DNA of 8,450 nt from positions 1 through 8,450 of the IMG/VR virus record IMGVR_UViG_3300029467_000119; one strand, 5' to 3'. The translations under genes were made by a program, and so were the position numbers. This DNA comes from a virus. Taxonomy: Duplodnaviria; Heunggongvirae; Uroviricota; Caudoviricetes. A model generated the notes under the pieces. It had not been told where the DNA came from. It worked only from the letters and a program-made list of their open reading frames with translations, and did no database searches. Below are positions 7,263 through 8,450 of the stretch, one piece after another (position 1 is the stretch's first letter; the number at the start of each line of letters is the position of its first letter).

Positions 7263-8450
7263 ATGCAACAGGATAGAGATGTTGAAACTCAGTTAAATAT
7301 GATGCTGAATGAGTTGTATAGTAATGAGGATTTAATGCCACCTTTTAAACCTAAAGGTGACATCGTTTCTGATTTTAACTCTCGCTGCAATGAATACCTT
7401 AATTTTTTAAATGAATTTAAAATTAAAAACAAAACCAGGCTTAATATTGATCTGCTAATAAAGCGAGTATTAAAAATACAACTAGGAATAACCGAGAGCC
7501 TTCAAGAGTTTTTAGCGGGTGACATCAAAGAGGCATATGATATTTTCGATGACACTTTTTCAGACAATCTTATTAATAAGCATATTCAAAGAATCACAAT
7601 CCCCCTTAAGGAAATATGTAATTATGATCAACCACTCTATAGAGTACGCAAATCAGACAAGCCATTACTTAACAGGGAAGATATTTTCCATATACCATTT
7701 TCCTGCCGACACCTTGTCAGTGCTCAACGTTACTCAGTAGCGGGACTCCCCTGTTTATATCTAGGTTCATCTCTATATGTATGCTGGCAAGAAATGGACA
7801 AACCAGATTTTGATAAACTATATATATCCTCATTCATATCACAAGATACTAAATCTAAAATCCTTAACTTTGTTCCACAACTGAAAACCTCAATCAATAC
7901 TAAAGAATGGAGCAGCGAAGAGTTAAGAACAAATAATTATATCAAAGCTTCGTATTTGGTTCTCTGGCCCTTAATTTTCTCATGTAGCTATATAAAAACA
8001 CATGAAAACTCAAGTTTTACGCAAGAATATATAATACCTAATTTACTCATGCAGTGGATAAGCACACGGGGTCAATCTCCAATATCTGGCATAGCCTATT
8101 CATCAACGAAAATGAAAAAAAGTCTAGGTTCAAAACTTTCAATAAATGTTGTATTACCCCCCAAAGCCACATATAGACAAACGACTCAAAAAGATTTTTG
8201 CCCAAGGTTGTCATCATTATTTGATTTTACTCCACCTGTTTCATGGCAGGTTTTAAAAACATTAGAGTATCAGAATGCAATCCCTAAAACATCTGAGCAG
8301 GGGAAAGCTATCAGATTTCTTGCTCGAAAAGAAAGGCTATCTGGCATTACTGATTTTGATAGTGACATAATCAGACTTTACCCATTAACTGACTTTTATA
8401 AACTGGAAGTTTGTATGGATCGCTTATTTGATTATTCACCTATTAGATAG
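7263..8450 (+). CDS. Hypothetical 395-aa protein with a central RES-like (NAD+-targeting toxin-type) domain; AT-rich prophage cargo
   Basis: ATG at 7263, 7 nt after the int stop, with a purine-rich GAGAAAAG upstream; TAG at 8448-8450. About 33% GC by hand count of two 60-nt lines. Residues 155-177 (QRYSVAGLPCLYLGSSLYVCWQE) and 274-299 (ISGIAYSSTKMKKSLGSKLSINVVLP) resemble the conserved Arg, Glu and Ser motifs of RES domains: Arg156 codon 7728-7730, Glu177 codon 7791-7793, Ser280 codon 8100-8102. The flanking N-terminal (~115 aa) and C-terminal (~95 aa) regions are unassigned. Confidence 0.8.
   Translation: MQQDRDVETQLNMMLNELYSNEDLMPPFKPKGDIVSDFNSRCNEYLNFLNEFKIKNKTRLNIDLLIKRVLKIQLGITESLQEFLAGDIKEAYDIFDDTFSDNLINKHIQRITIPLKEICNYDQPLYRVRKSDKPLLNREDIFHIPFSCRHLVSAQRYSVAGLPCLYLGSSLYVCWQEMDKPDFDKLYISSFISQDTKSKILNFVPQLKTSINTKEWSSEELRTNNYIKASYLVLWPLIFSCSYIKTHENSSFTQEYIIPNLLMQWISTRGQSPISGIAYSSTKMKKSLGSKLSINVVLPPKATYRQTTQKDFCPRLSSLFDFTPPVSWQVLKTLEYQNAIPKTSEQGKAIRFLARKERLSGITDFDSDIIRLYPLTDFYKLEVCMDRLFDYSPIR

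Larger units (their letters stand above)
1061..8450. mobile_element. 186/P2-family cryptic prophage remnant integrated at the 3' end of ssrA; internally deleted; right boundary beyond the window
   Basis: Gene content and order: ogr-D-U-T' on the minus strand, apl/cox and a cII fragment on the minus strand, CI-int on the plus strand, plus two compositionally atypical cargo genes. Located directly 3' of a tmRNA gene, a classical integration target. Capsid, replication, lysis and most tail genes are absent. Confidence 0.8.

Noticed and set aside
7519-7740. 73-aa ORF in an alternative frame inside the 395-aa gene
   Set aside because: It is nested in another frame of a long ORF with coherent domain motifs and has no RBS.
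1061-8450. Retron (msr-msd plus reverse transcriptase) or CRISPR array as prophage cargo
   Set aside because: No ORF has reverse-transcriptase motifs and no array of regularly spaced direct repeats is present in the window.

Overview
The window opens with an Escherichia-type smpB gene (1..483) and the complete 363-nt tmRNA gene ssrA (698..1060). Everything to the right of ssrA reads as a decayed 186/P2-family prophage inserted at the ssrA 3' end; its right boundary lies beyond the window. On the minus strand are the late genes ogr/B (zinc-finger late activator), gpD, gpU and a 5'-truncated tape-measure gene gpT. A single deletion junction near 4941..4947 fuses the middle of gpT to the middle of a 186-type cII gene. 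The lysogeny module is otherwise intact: apl/cox-like gene (minus), a 121-bp repeat-rich switch region, then CI repressor and a P2-type tyrosine integrase (plus). Two cargo genes sit at the prophage ends and are the main points of interest. One is a 395-aa, AT-rich ORF (7263..8450) placed 7 nt after the integrase stop codon, whose core resembles a RES-type NAD+-targeting toxin domain. The other is a 160-aa ORF (1184..1666) between ssrA and ogr with a WYL-like N-terminal half and a BRCT-like C-terminal half. If the att site is the ssrA 3' end, these two genes would be adjacent and co-oriented across attP in the circular phage. All domain calls are from reading the translations by eye and need HMM or structure confirmation. 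No CRISPR array, rRNA or tRNA gene was seen.
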